From: Octopus sinensis | Lineage: Eukaryota | Direction: 5' to 3' | Length of the DNA: 64,000 bases | Assembly (NCBI RefSeq): GCF_006345805.1 | Contig: NC_043001.1 | Location: 129,704,001 to 129,768,000 of the forward strand | Shown: positions 50,237 to 63,557 of the stretch, piece after piece | Layout: each line of letters starts with the position of its first letter | Position numbering within the stretch: the stretch's first letter is position 1 | Position numbers and translations under genes: made by a program | Notes under the pieces: generated by a model | What the model was told of the DNA's origin: nothing | Seen by the model: only the letters and a program-made list of their open reading frames with translations | Database searches by the model: none

Positions 50237-50916
50237 CAAAATGGGACAAGAACGCAAAACATTCAAATAGACGATACAAAAAACACGGACAGGTCATTCG
50301 AAGCCTCTAATCTTCAGTCAAGAACCGGATCATCCTTGTAATTTCGGCTGAATAATCTTGAGATTGCTCCGATCTGGCCAGCTCCAAGGAAAAACTAAGC
50401 TATGAGCATTAGATTTCTTGGAAAAAGAATTGAATGTATACGAAACAAGGATAGAAAAGCGGACGATGTTACATGAATATAAATACAAAAAACAAAAAAT
50501 AATACGAATATAAATACAAAAAACAATAATAATAGTAATAACAGGACATAACAACAGGCGTCTTTCGACTTTGACGAATTGAACTCAGCTGGCATATAGT
50601 AGAAGACACTTGCTCAAGGTATCATGCAGTGGGAGTGAACCCAGGACCATGAGGTTAGAAAGCAAACTACTTACCACACAGCCACACCTGTGCCTATATA
50701 TATATGACACCTTTATGCTTTATATATATATATATAGACGAATTGAACTCAGCTGGCATATAGTAGAAGACACTTGCTCAAGGTATCATGCAGTGGGAGT
50801 GAACCCAGAACCATGACGTTAGAAAGCAAACTACTTACCACACAGCCACACCTGTGCCTATATATATATGACACCTTTATGCTTTATATATATATATATA
50901 AAGCATAAAGGTGTCA
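50040..50916. repeat. SINE A head present three times around a (TA)n-associated repeat (50231-50594); 164-bp tandem duplication
   Basis: Diagnostic CTTGCTCAAGGTATCATGCAGTGGGAGTGAACCCAG at 50097-50197, 50595-50695 and 50759-50860. Confidence 0.88.
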
Positions 50917-50940
50917 GATCTTGTTTATACGAGGTTGTAG

Positions 50941-51259
50941 ATATTTAAGGAAGAAAAATATGTAAAAATACACAGCAGATTTGTATTATAAAATTTATGC
51001 TAATATTAATATCATAATGAAACAAAGAATTGTATTACATTACATGATAAACTGGGAGTACCGGTTTCATGCTTTATGCTTATCAAACTTCCACAGTCTC
51101 AGATTTAACTTATGGGAACGCCATTTTTGTTGTTCCTTTGAGTTGAATCTGAGACTTTGGAAGTTGTAATACAACTCTTTCTTTCATTATGATATTAATA
51201 TCAGCATAAATTTTACTACACAAATCTGTGCGTTTTTACATATTTTCCTTCTTAAATAT
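50941..51259. repeat. ~320-bp fold-back palindrome (MITE-like) with an inner hairpin at 51086-51165
   Basis: ATATTTAAGGAAGAAAAATATGTAAAAA... pairs with ...TTTTTACATATTTTCCTTCTTAAATAT. Confidence 0.9.
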
Positions 51260-51562
51260 ATAGATATATATATCTTGTAGTATAGTTTATATATAAGTAC
51301 ATACCACAATATATATCTTGTAGTATAAGTATATATATGTATGTATATGTCATAGAAAGAGAGATAACAAAGGAATCAATGACTATCTTCATATATTCCT
51401 TTGTCATCTGTCTTTTTTATTACCACTCTATACTCTGCCAACACTTTGTTCTGAAACATATATATATATATTGAGTTCTACACCAGATTATTGGTCTTGC
51501 AACGCCTAAGTGAAATATGAAAACATATATGTTACAGTATAGGAATATATATTGTAGTATAG

Positions 51563-51603
<41 letters not shown>

Positions 51604-51660
51604 GTAATGCAATACGAGAGTATTGCTTTCCAGTAAAGGATAGCCCGTGAGGGTAAAATT

Positions 51661-51938
<278 letters not shown>

Positions 51939-54007
51939 TGGTATAAGTATTTCTATATATCTATTTCTATATGAAAGTATATAATAATACATATATAGCT
52001 ATTTATTGCATGTGTGCATGCCCAGAAACTTCTATCTATCTTTCAATCTATTGTCTTATATGTACCTATATGTGGATGTGCCCCATTGCACAAGAATACG
52101 TGTGTTAAATCAAGCAAATATTATAACTTGTTCAACAATAAATCTGATATATACAATGATTCCATAACAATAAACAGGAACTACAGCCAGTCAACTTTAT
52201 TACAGTTGTACTGCTCTGCTTTTCTGCTCTATAGGAATATAATGAAAGGGTGCAGAAATGTTCTCCGTGAGTAAAAGTAATGCTCAAAGCATCAGCTCTT
52301 TCTAATTCTGTAATCTGTATAATGATATAAACTCGGGGATTGAATGTTAAAGTGGGTTTCTGTTAAACTAATTAAACAGGAAATTATCATAACATTTCAA
52401 TAGTTAAGAAAATGAGAAGAAAAAAACAAAACATAATCTGGTATGCTTTTAAAGATGGAAGATGACAAGGATGGGGGTGGGGGTCAATGACTTAGTCGAA
52501 TTTTAAATGCTGAATATATGATGCAATTGTAAAAAGTACTGCCGTAATCTCTTTCAGCCAATGAATGTAGAACTATGCAAATCATTTGGCATGTAAACAG
52601 ACCTGCCAAACCTTCCTATGAATAAATAAATTCTTACTGTCTAAAATACTGGAACAACATGATCCATTGGAAGACCTAAGCCAGGATAACATGAACTAGC
52701 ACACAAGGAATGGTTGCAGATGAAATGCTGCTGACCAAATGATAAACATCACCACCACCACCACCACCAAAAACAACAACAGCAACATCAACTAGCACAA
52801 CAACACCAAACTAGCTGGATTTAAAGCAAGGATGATGATGGCTATATATAGAGAGCCAGTCTGGTATGCCAATAAATCTCTGAGCCGTCAGTGTCTGTTG
52901 CAGTCATAACCATTTAGTACTGATGATGACAACTCATTCAGGGCTGTCTTTTCACCAATTAAACTTTTACTACTGCATTATAGCTAGCAATCTAGCGATC
53001 TATTGGAGACCTACTGGTCTTCTTCAGTTACCTTGCTAATCGCAATATCGATAACAGAGCAAAATTAAATCAGGTTTCAATGGGTTGAAGGATTCACCTG
53101 TTTTTTCTTTTTTCTTTCATATTTGTATTTCTCATTTGTTACAGTTTTTGTTGGTGTTGTAGTTATTGTATTAGTAGAGGTTCTTATTATTGTTATTGTT
53201 GGAATTGTCCTGTCTGTTGTTTCTGCTGCTTTGTGTTATTGTTGTTGTTGCTTTATTTGATCTTTATTTCATTTCTTCGTAATTGAATTTGCATAAATTT
53301 GAATGTATAAATAGTTTGATATCAGAGCTAACACTAAATCGTGGTGTGTATGTCAACGCAGCTAGAGTTTATTATCTCACTAGTGCCATGCTGACTGATA
53401 AGCTATTTTCTCCAACCAATTTACATGCTGCAGAATTTAGACAGAAAAAAAAATGAAAAAAAAAAGAAAGAAACGAAAACAAAAAAAAATGAAATAGATA
53501 AATACAAATTTCAATTAAATAAATAAATAAATATATGTAAAATAAATAAATAAAAATTATTTTATTTATTCTTTGAGTCTTTATTGAAATTTCAAAACAC
53601 TCCTACAACTGCCCCTATCACCACATCTTTCCTTCGTTCTTATTCTTCTATATCCAACTCTTCTCATTTCATTTCCAATCGCTTGCCTTTTAATCTATCA
53701 ATTCCATTTTTTTTTAATGTTTTTGTTTCTGCTTCTATTCTTATTGTTTTTTTCTTTTCAAATATTTTCTCTCTCATTTTCTCCACCCACGCCCACCTAC
53801 TTCGGCATGTTTAGATTACAGTTCAAGAATTAGTTTCAGCCTATCTTGATGGTATATGTGAATAAAAATTAATGCCATTGCATTTTTGTTAATTTAGTTG
53901 TTGTTTTGTTATATTGTTGCATTGTCTTTTTTTTATATGTTTATTTATTTGTTTATATGTTTATTTATAGATGTTATTATTTGGTTTTGTCTTGTATTCT
54001 TTTACAG

Positions 54008-54048
54008 AACTTGGAGAGATTTGTCATGGAGTCTGCAGGAAAAGTGCG
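54008..54048 (+). CDS. Candidate 41-nt exon of an unidentified host gene
   Basis: Pyrimidine-rich acceptor TTGTCTTGTATTCTTTTACAG and donor CG|GTAAGC in a TE-poor region; open in all three frames; no homology recognised. Confidence 0.3.
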
Positions 54049-54303
54049 GTAAGCAATGGCTTGGTTGGACGAATTAGCAATTTGAAAGATAGTCTGCACT
54101 ACAAACGGACACAGATGTAATGAAATATTGAGTACATGGTGTTGAATTAAATAATCAGGCAGTTTTTTTTTTAATTGCCGACAAGATGTAGTTCAGCTGA
54201 CAGCAATGAAATTCTCTAAGTGAAGGACACAGAACTTCTTGTTTTATATTTTTACTTTAAAACATTTTTTGAATTCAATATTTACTAGAGTAAGCACCTA
54301 GAT

Positions 54304-54549
54304 CAGTGTTTCTCAACTATTTTTGGCCTGTGAGCCCCTTTGATTCCTATTTTACCTGGGTGAACCTTCATAGCCATTCAATGTTAAAAAATATTCTATT
54401 ATATTTTTATAATTAAATATTATTAGGAATTGTATAAATAAAATTGCTAAAATATTTTTTGTATTGCAGATTTATAACTGATTTATTGAAAACAATAAAA
54501 CCTTATATGAACCCTCAAAGGCCATATAGATCCTGGTTAAGAACCACTG
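54304..54549. mobile_element. hAT (Charlie-like) MITE
   Basis: TIRs CAGTGTTTCTCAAC / GTTAAGAACCACTG; 8-bp TSD ACCTAGAT at 54296-54303 and 54550-54557. Confidence 0.88.
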
Positions 54550-55733
54550 ACCTAGATAGTCAGCTAACAACCAATAATTAACAAAACAAAGACTGAGAGA
54601 TAAATAAAAAAAAATGGGAGAGAAACCAAATGGTACTTAAAAATAAAAAGTCATACCAACATTTTTTCTAAATAATTATGACTCATAAATTTTTCCAAAG
54701 GAGGTGAGTGGGTAAATGATTGAGAGCAAAATCAAAAGAAATATCAAATTATCATTCTTTCTTTCACTCATACACACACAAGCAAACACATGTTTATACA
54801 AACATACATTGGTGTATGGTATACACCATATGTACTGAAACTGGGTGTGATGAACACTATATTATGGTTAATTTCGATTTCATTTAATTAAAATAAATGT
54901 TATATATTTATAGATAACATGAAATACGAAGCAGAAAATATGAAATAGATAAAATAAATAGCTCACTAGTATATTAGTGATACATCTTGAATATAGAACA
55001 GCATATATATATATACACACGTGGAAAATGTGCAGATGTATGAAAAAAGCATGAATAAAAATTTATATGTGTAATCTATAGCCAAGTAGCTATGAAAATG
55101 ATGAATCAATTAAAATAAATAAAATAAAATAAATTCAATTTTGCTGTGTAACAATTTATGGTTAATACCAAATTCTTTTTAGGAATCGAATACATATGAT
55201 AACTGGGAGTCAAGTTTTAACCTCTTCAGTTTCATTCTAGCCTAAGCATCTTTTTTACCAGTGATCTCTATGTATTGATTGTTGTCCCAGTATTTCACAC
55301 ATTCAATCACACACACACACACACACACACTTTATTTATAGACACTTGTATGTGTCTGCATGTGCATGTGTGTGTGTTTTAGGAAGTTTGCTTCATATCA
55401 TGTGGTTTTGGGTCTCATCCCACAGATTGGAACCTTGAGCAAGTATCTTCTATTCTAGCCTTAAGCCTGGCCATTTAAGTGTAAGCAAAATTTGGTAAAT
55501 AAAAACTGTAAAGAAGTCCATTACTGTTTCTACTTATCTTCACATTGACACAGTTTTAGCAAAAGTGTCTGATCTATGTATCCTATAAACTATATGTACT
55601 GTAACTCGGTAGTTTTATAAAATTGGTTGTATGAATAGCAGTTACGGTTGTGAATAAGAGGAGCTTCCTGTCATAGAATGTTGCTTCCATAATTTCCATC
55701 GCCTTGATGGTTTTGATGTCACTATGAACAACA

Positions 55734-56337
55734 GATTTTTAAAAATTTTCATTTTCTTACTTCTATTTGAAAATGGGAATCTTTTTCCAAAATATTTTAG
55801 GCTCATAAAACTACTTATGTAAAGTAATATATCTTTTTCCTTTTTTTGCTTTCCTTTATTGATACCATCTTATAAATTGTTATTTAACTCTTCTGATTCA
55901 TATAAATTTGCTTTCCTTTATTGATACCAACTTATAAATTGTTATTTAACTCTTCTGATTTGGTCAGTATATATATACTTTATGAAATGGCAGACCATTC
56001 CTGGATTTTAATTCTTTAATCATGTAAATAAATAATTTATATAAATTTCAAATGTTTCTGCTGCCACTCCATACTACATGTTTCTGTTGATACTACATAA
56101 CTCAACCAACCACAATTGCAGAAGTTCAAGCAATGGCTTTCATCATGATACTCTGGAATGGTCTGCCAATAACAATCGATTTTAAAAAATTTTCATTTTC
56201 TTACTTCTATTTGAAAAGGGGAATCTTTTTCCAAAATATTTTAGGCTCATAAAACTACTTATGTAAAGTAATATATCTTTTCCCTTCTTTTGCTTTCCTT
56301 TATAGACACCATCTTATAAATTGTTGTTTAACTCTTC
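55734..56337. repeat. ~160-bp direct repeats (55734-55893, 56178-56337) plus a partial third copy (55907-55960)
   Basis: CATTTTCTTACTTCTATTTGAAAA.GGGAATCTTTTTCCAAAATATTTTAGGCTCATAAAACTACTTATGTAAAG occurs twice. Confidence 0.9.
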
Positions 56338-56740
56338 ACCTGCATTGCTCATTTATCTCAGTTACACATATTGCAAAGCTTCAATCAAATTAAAATACTC
56401 TTTCATCAGAATTATCATAATGTACTAGCATTTGTCATAAACGGCAGCTTGTTACATTATACATTTATCTTGTTATGATTTATATTTATCGTGCTATATC
56501 TCATATTTTATGACACTGAAGTTTACAGGGAGGAGTTTAAAGCTAAAACTTCTTAGTTTCAGATCATTTGATGAGGGAACATTAATGTATATATCTGTGG
56601 TTCTTTTACAGGCTTCATGTTTTTTGTTTTTTTTTACTTTTTTGAACTCACAGTATGCAATAGAAGAGGCTAGATTTACATTTAAAATGGTTAACATAGT
56701 TGAGTCCTTTGTTGGTGTGTGTGTGTGTATTTTTCTTTCT

Positions 56741-57705
56741 CAGAGTAAAAGGTAGACTGTATGACGCATGTGTGTGAACAGCCATGCTACATGGTAGTGA
56801 AACATGGGCTGTGCCTGCTGAGGACATGCGTAAGTTTGCAAGGAATGAAGCCAGTATGCTCCGCTGGATGTGTAATGTCACTGGGCATACACGACAGAGT
56901 GTAAGCACCCTGAGAGAAAAGTTGGACTTAAGAAGCATCAGATGTGGTGTGCAAGAGAGACGATTGCGCTGGTATGGTCATATGTTGCAAATGGATGAGG
57001 ACAACTGTGTGAAAAAGTGTCACACCCTAGCAGTAGAGGGAACCTGTGGAAGAGGTAGACCCAGGAAGACCTGGGATGAGGTGATCTGGCAAGCCAATTG
57101 AGACCATAACTGTGGCCTATGCCAGTGCAGCATAACTAGCTCATTTAAGAGTACCCTTCAATCATTGGGCAATAAACTGCGCTTGTGAAGACCTGTTGAA
57201 GCAAGTGAAACTGTTGTTGTGGCCAATGACAGTACCGCCTGACTGGCACCTGTGCCAGTGGCACGTTAAAAGCACCATTCGAGCATGATCATTGCCAGTG
57301 CCACCTGACTGGCTCCCATGCTGGTGGCACGTAAAAAGCACATTCGAGTGTTGATCGTTGTCAGTGTTGCCTGACTGGCTCCTGTGCCAGTGGCATGTAA
57401 AAAACACCATTTGAGCATGGTTGTTGCCAGTACTGCCTGACTGGCTCCTGTGCAGGTGGCATGTAAAAAGCACCATTTGAGTGTGGTCGATGCCAGTACT
57501 ACCTGACTGGCCCTCCTGCTGGTGGAATGTAAAAAGTGCCCACTACATTCTAGGAGTGGTTGGCAGTAGATAGGGCATCCAGCTGTAGAAACTCTGCCAG
57601 ATCAATTGGAGCCTAGTGCAGCCTTCTGGTTTGCTAGCCCTCAGTCAAACTGTCCAACCCATGACAGCATGGGAAGTGGACTTAAAACAATGATGATGAT
57701 GACGA
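56741..57705 (+). pseudogene. 5'-truncated RTE family 2 LINE: ORF C-terminus plus the repeat-containing 3' UTR
   Basis: VKGRLYDACV*TAMLHGSETWAV...MLRWMCNVT...RRLRWYGHMLQMDED...GRGRPRKTWDEV, then about 5 ~60-bp units, the conserved motif and (GAT)n. Confidence 0.9.
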
Positions 57706-60700
57706 TATTTTCGACAACCAGATGCCCTTCTTGTTGCAAGTGCTTACTTGTTTCCATATAAGGTAATATTACCCCTTTGTTAGATATGCTTTCATTGAAG
57801 ACTCTAAATAAATGACACTGCTTGTATGATAGTAACACTCAGCCTGGGGCTACCGAAAAAACTTGTACAAGGTGCCATACAGTGTTGCTGAACCCAAAAG
57901 CATAGGCTATGAAGTGAACTGCTTAACCACACTTCCAAGCCTGCATATATATGTAGTTTCTACAATGTACACACTTGGCATAATAAACTATACTTAGTAT
58001 TCTGTAGGTCCCTCTTAGTGTTTGTTTGTTTCTTTTATCTACCGGTCAAATCAAATGCCCACTCTGGAAAAGAAAAAGTGTTGACGTGCATTTTTAAAAT
58101 TGAGTATTTCTGTTATCAACAGTATTCTAGAAGATATTACAAATTAAACAGCTAAATATAGAAATGAAAAATGCTACTTCAATCTTAACTTTAGTTAGTT
58201 ATAGTCTGTAACTTTCTTATCTATAAATACTAGGCACCAATTATTAACTTTTGATCTATATAGTCTTGTTCTAATTTATTCCATTTCATCAAATCATGTT
58301 TCAGTTTTAATAAACGAATTTTCTTATATCTGAATTTCCCATCCCACTATTTCTTTCTCTCTGGGTTTTTCTCTCTTGCTTTTTATCTACCTATCTGTCT
58401 ATCTAAAATCGTATGTTTGTCTTGCATTTTCTTCATCACGGCTGTCATTAGTTGGCTGAGAAGAAGCAAATTTATAAAATAAGACATGATCGCCTACCAC
58501 CAACTGCATGAACAATCACTAAAATAATGCCACTTATTAAAGCAAACGAGCACTCTTCCGGCACGATATTTACCGTAGTCTTCATAAGGGGAATAATTTT
58601 AGAAGTTTAAAATTAATCTTATCTCATCAATTTATTTAAAAACTCAAAATTATTGAACATTATTATTTTTATTCAGTTTAGCATTTTCCCCCTTTCGAAA
58701 TCTATTTTTCTGTCTTTGTTTTTCTATCATTTTTATACTTTTATACTTTTTGAAAACTTTTTATTTTTATATATCATATTTTTTGTTTTCCTTCCTAAAA
58801 ATTTATATTTATTATTATTATTATCATTATTATTATTATCATTATTATTATTATCATTATTATAATTTGCATATCTGCAATTAGGATTTCTGACAACATC
58901 AGTTCATTAGCTTTGCTTTTGTATATGTATATAACCGTGTATTATGGCCAGCTTGGTGCCGGATACTAGTTTTAGCAACGCATAGTCTTATGACAATTTA
59001 TATAAACCTATAATTATGCCTTTGCACTAAGTTTCTAAAACATTTATATCTCTATTTTAGATTTTACTTTGTACACAGTTTGTTTATTTGTTGCTGTTGT
59101 GATTATTGTCGATGTTGCTGTTGTTGTTGGTGGTGGTGGTTTCTGTTTTTACTTTAATTTACCATCATTAGCTGATCCGTTCTAGAAGTGTTCTTAAAAA
59201 AAAAAAATAATCTATTTGTGAAATTTCTTTTAGATTATTTCTCTTTGAGCTTGTTATTTTAAACCTTTGTATAAGTGTATGTGATAGATAGATAGACAGA
59301 TAGATAGAGAGAGACAGAGAGAGAGAGAGAGAGCTGTGTGTGCTTGAGAAAGTAAATGTGGATATGTGTGAATGATGTGTGTATGTGTGTATACATGTAC
59401 ATGTCCTAGTGTAGAGATGCATACACATACACACACAGAAGGCCAGTGATTGTTACCAAGGAATTCTGATAGAGAGAAGAATTTACGTTCTCTATTTAAT
59501 TTAAGAATAGAATGGTTACATACCATTACACTTGTATGAAAATTAGAAATTGATTATTTTGAGTTAAATTTATAGGTGGATATGTTTAAATTTTCTGTCT
59601 CATTCTATTCTGTTGGTGATGTGAGTGGTGATAGTGGTGGTAGAAGTATTTATTGTGGTATTAGCAATATTATTAGTGGTAGCAGTAATTGTGAAAGTGG
59701 CAGTGAGAGTACTGTTGTCCAAGGAAAGCAGCAGTAGTGGTGGAAGTGATAATAATAATAGTGGTAGCAGTGATAATGTAGCATAACAACAGCCTTTGAG
59801 TTGATCATCTTTTTTTTTTTTTAAATTTTAATTATGTTAGTGATGAACATCACATCTTCCATTTCCTTCTCATAATAAACTTGACATTGCTGCTAGCATA
59901 GTTGATACAATCAGCTCTAATTTAGAAGATATAAAGTACATAAGTTGTTAATTATGTACTGTGGGCCAACTAAATCCAAAATTCCAGTGTTCAAGACATG
60001 GGAAAGAAATATATGCAGCTTAGAAATTTGGTTTTAAAACTGATTGGTTGGTTAGGAAGTTAGCCTTAGCCTCAAATCTTCATTGGGCACATTCTAAAAT
60101 TTGAAGTTAGAATATAAAATTTGCAAACTTGTTTGTAGTGGATAAAGTGCATCACAGTATTTAGAAATGACTCTTAATGTTCTGAGTTCCATTTCTGCTG
60201 AGGTCAGCTTTAACATTCATTCTTCAAACAAAATGATATACTAGGCAAGTATAGGGGTAGAATTTTTTTTCCTCATTTTTAATTTTTGCCAAAAGAAGAA
60301 AGGCAGTTTGGCCTTTCTGATAGAAGGATAAAGGAAGTTATCCTCAGATAAGGGATCAGAAAAAAAATGGACTCCACTAAAGACATCCATAGATCAGGTG
60401 GTGGTGGTGGTGATGGTGGTTTTATTACCAAAAAACAAATAGTCTCTCCAACTGGCTCCCTTGGTTTTTACCAACCAGATCTCCCTCAAAAGGCTTTAAA
60501 ATGACATTATTTTTCTTCTAAATGTGTAGCCTAGTGCCAATTTTTTACCAACATTTAGGATTAACCAAAAAAAGTTCTATCAGTGTTTTATCTGTAGCCA
60601 TTCTTTCTTTATGATGGTTGTGCAATTGTCTAAGAAACAGTTTAAACATTGGTACCATTTTAAGAAGAGAGATGATGACAGAAGTGATAAGATACCAGAC

Positions 60701-60801
60701 AAAAAGCCAAAAAGTTGGGAGGTCTGCATTCTATCACTGTCTGCTGGGTGTCCATACATACTGAAGACACTAACTCCCAAAGAATCATTCTACCAAACTG
60801 G

Positions 60802-60851
<50 letters not shown>

Positions 60852-63121
60852 TAATGATATCAGTAGTGATGGTACTGGTGATTATACATTTTTGAGGAAC
60901 AACATCTGGACTATAGAATATTTGTTCAGCTCTTGTGTTCACACTTCATTTTGTTTGGTTAACTCCCAAATTTGTAGAGAAAAAGGTATATTTAATTAAA
61001 TTTAACTGAAATAGTATGTGAGTGGTGCTTATTCTATCAGCCACAGATGGTTGGTTCTTACATTCCAATTCAGAATGTAGATAAAATGAAACTAAATACT
61101 CTAATGTATTTAGTTGGGTGAACTACCATATCTCATAAATATATCACAACAATAACAATAACAATATTAATAGCAATATTGATATCATTATTAATAATAG
61201 AGGCTGCTTTTTACTAACAATATTGTGAATTGTTTATTGGAAAGTATATTTCTGGCTGACTCAATTATTATTATATAGAGCTACTCATTTTGTTGACACT
61301 TGACTGATATGATCAATGGTAGGGCAAGTACATCATAGCCTAATGACTTGTCAGCTGGAATGAAAAATTATATGCTTCTGAGAGCTACACAACCACTGAA
61401 AAGTACTGTTTTACTAAGGTAGGCACTAGTTTTGGTTATGGTATCAACACTTAGGAAATGAAAAATTAAGTCAACAACTGTGAGATTTGAATACACAAAA
61501 CATGAGTAAACAAACGACATAGATAAAATCTGATGTTCTACCTTCTATACAAAACAAGAGGGAAGAGTTGATGTCTGGCTTATGGTAACACCTCAATAAA
61601 TATAGAAGAAAAAATAAAATAAATTATATCCACTGAAGAAAGTAAGCTATACAATATCAAAAGCTGATAAATGTTAATAGAACCAAATTTTTGATATCTA
61701 ATGCAGAGTAGCTTTAAATGTTGATATTGTGCCAACAAATACAAGACACAGCCACTTTGTTATAAACTATTTCTGGTTTTGTTATTCCTTTCCACATTTT
61801 TCTATTTTCCTATATTTCCTTTCTAATTTAGACATATCCATAAAAACTCAGCATAAACAAAGGTTATTTCTCATTGTATTTGATGCAAAACATATGAAGA
61901 TTTAAAGAATACTATGTCACGGAATATAAAAAAAAAAACACAACATATTTTAGTCTTCATTTATTTATTTATTTATTTTACTTTATTATTTTTTAAATTT
62001 TATTTTATTATTCATTTATTGCTTTTAACTGAAATATATGTCTTGTTTCTTGTTTTCTCAGCGATGAAAGCTATTCTTACGAGATAGAAAACAGATTATG
62101 ATTAGTTGTTGACACTCAAATTGGATTAACTTCAAATTCTAGAAGAGAAAGTACATTATTACTTAGCCTGAATCTAGTTTTAAAGCAAGGAAATCAAAAA
62201 CATATGGTTTATCATAATGATATTTACATTTTACTAACGTCTTGAGATGTCTAGGAAAATTATCGGATCTATCAAACAAAATAAAACAGAAATCTAATGC
62301 TATCCCAAAAATCCAACTTAGGATTCCACAAGCAAGAGTGAAATAAGGTACAGCTGTCATATATATTTCTCTAAGTCTCTTCTACTTTGAATTTATTTTT
62401 AGCCATTATTAAAGGGATTTTCCTTGTTATGTTGGCTTATAATACATTTAAGCTTATTTTTTTGAAAATAATTTTGGGTTGAAAATATATAATATGACAC
62501 AAAAGATGAAAAATATAAATGAATATGTAAACAAAATCAGGAGATATTAAGTTTATCGGTTGTCAATACATTATTAAACCTGTCTTCACTTAAACAATTC
62601 TTTAATCATTATTGTGACATTTGACTTTCAGACTTGACACCTTTGTCAAAGTTATTTAAAATGCTTAAGCAAGGAAAGCAGACCAACATCCATAACAACA
62701 TCAATATATTGTCAATGTGTTTAAACATACATGTGTGCATATGTGTATGTATGTATGTATGAATGTATGTATGTGTGTGTGTATATATATGTATTTATTT
62801 ATTTCTGGTGTAGGCCAGTTATAGGGTTATCCTGGGTTTCTCACCATAAAGGGTATATATATATATATGTAAATGGATGAATGAATTATCCTTTGTTTAC
62901 CGTTAACATGGAAAATTCAATAAACAGTTACCATTTATTTACATTAATATTTATATATATATATATATATTATCCAAAATGTACAGTATTATATATTTAT
63001 CATGATACTATACATTTCAGATAATATACCCACTCTTTTGACAAATATATGAGTGCATCTTTCCCTGACTTATGGACTCTTAGATGACTCGTGTCTGTGT
63101 GTATATATATGTATATATATA

Positions 63122-63161
<40 letters not shown>

Positions 63162-63239
63162 TATATATATGAAAGAAGGTTTGAAAATGCAATTTTAAAA
63201 GGTGTTTATTTACTTTATATATATATATATGTATGTATG

Positions 63240-63279
<40 letters not shown>

Positions 63280-63557
63280 CATACATATATATATATATAT
63301 ATGCATTTCTGTATGCATATGGTCAAGAGCCAAAAACAGGTCAACATTTCTAATGAAACTATGAATAAATATCTTTGACTGTTCAAGTAGGTACCTAATA
63401 TAACACTTGAAAATATAAGCGTTCTTAAATTACATATGTATAATATGGAATATATTACCAATGTATTCTCAAATATAATATGAAATACATTTTCTCTTAC
63501 TATTTAGCTCAAATTAACTTTCTTTAAACTAGTACTCTGTTGGTTATAATGACAATA

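Noticed and set aside
54690-54712. 3-nt microexon-like AAG|GAG|GTGAGT
   Set aside because: The acceptor context is weak and such a short match is expected by chance
60600-60800. Mariner- or RNase H-like peptide ITVCWVSIHT
   Set aside because: Only a short motif resemblance with stops nearby and no TIR or other motifs
62163-62360. 65-aa minus-strand ORF with a hydrophobic stretch
   Set aside because: No polypyrimidine acceptor, no recognised homology, and an expected length in AT-rich DNA
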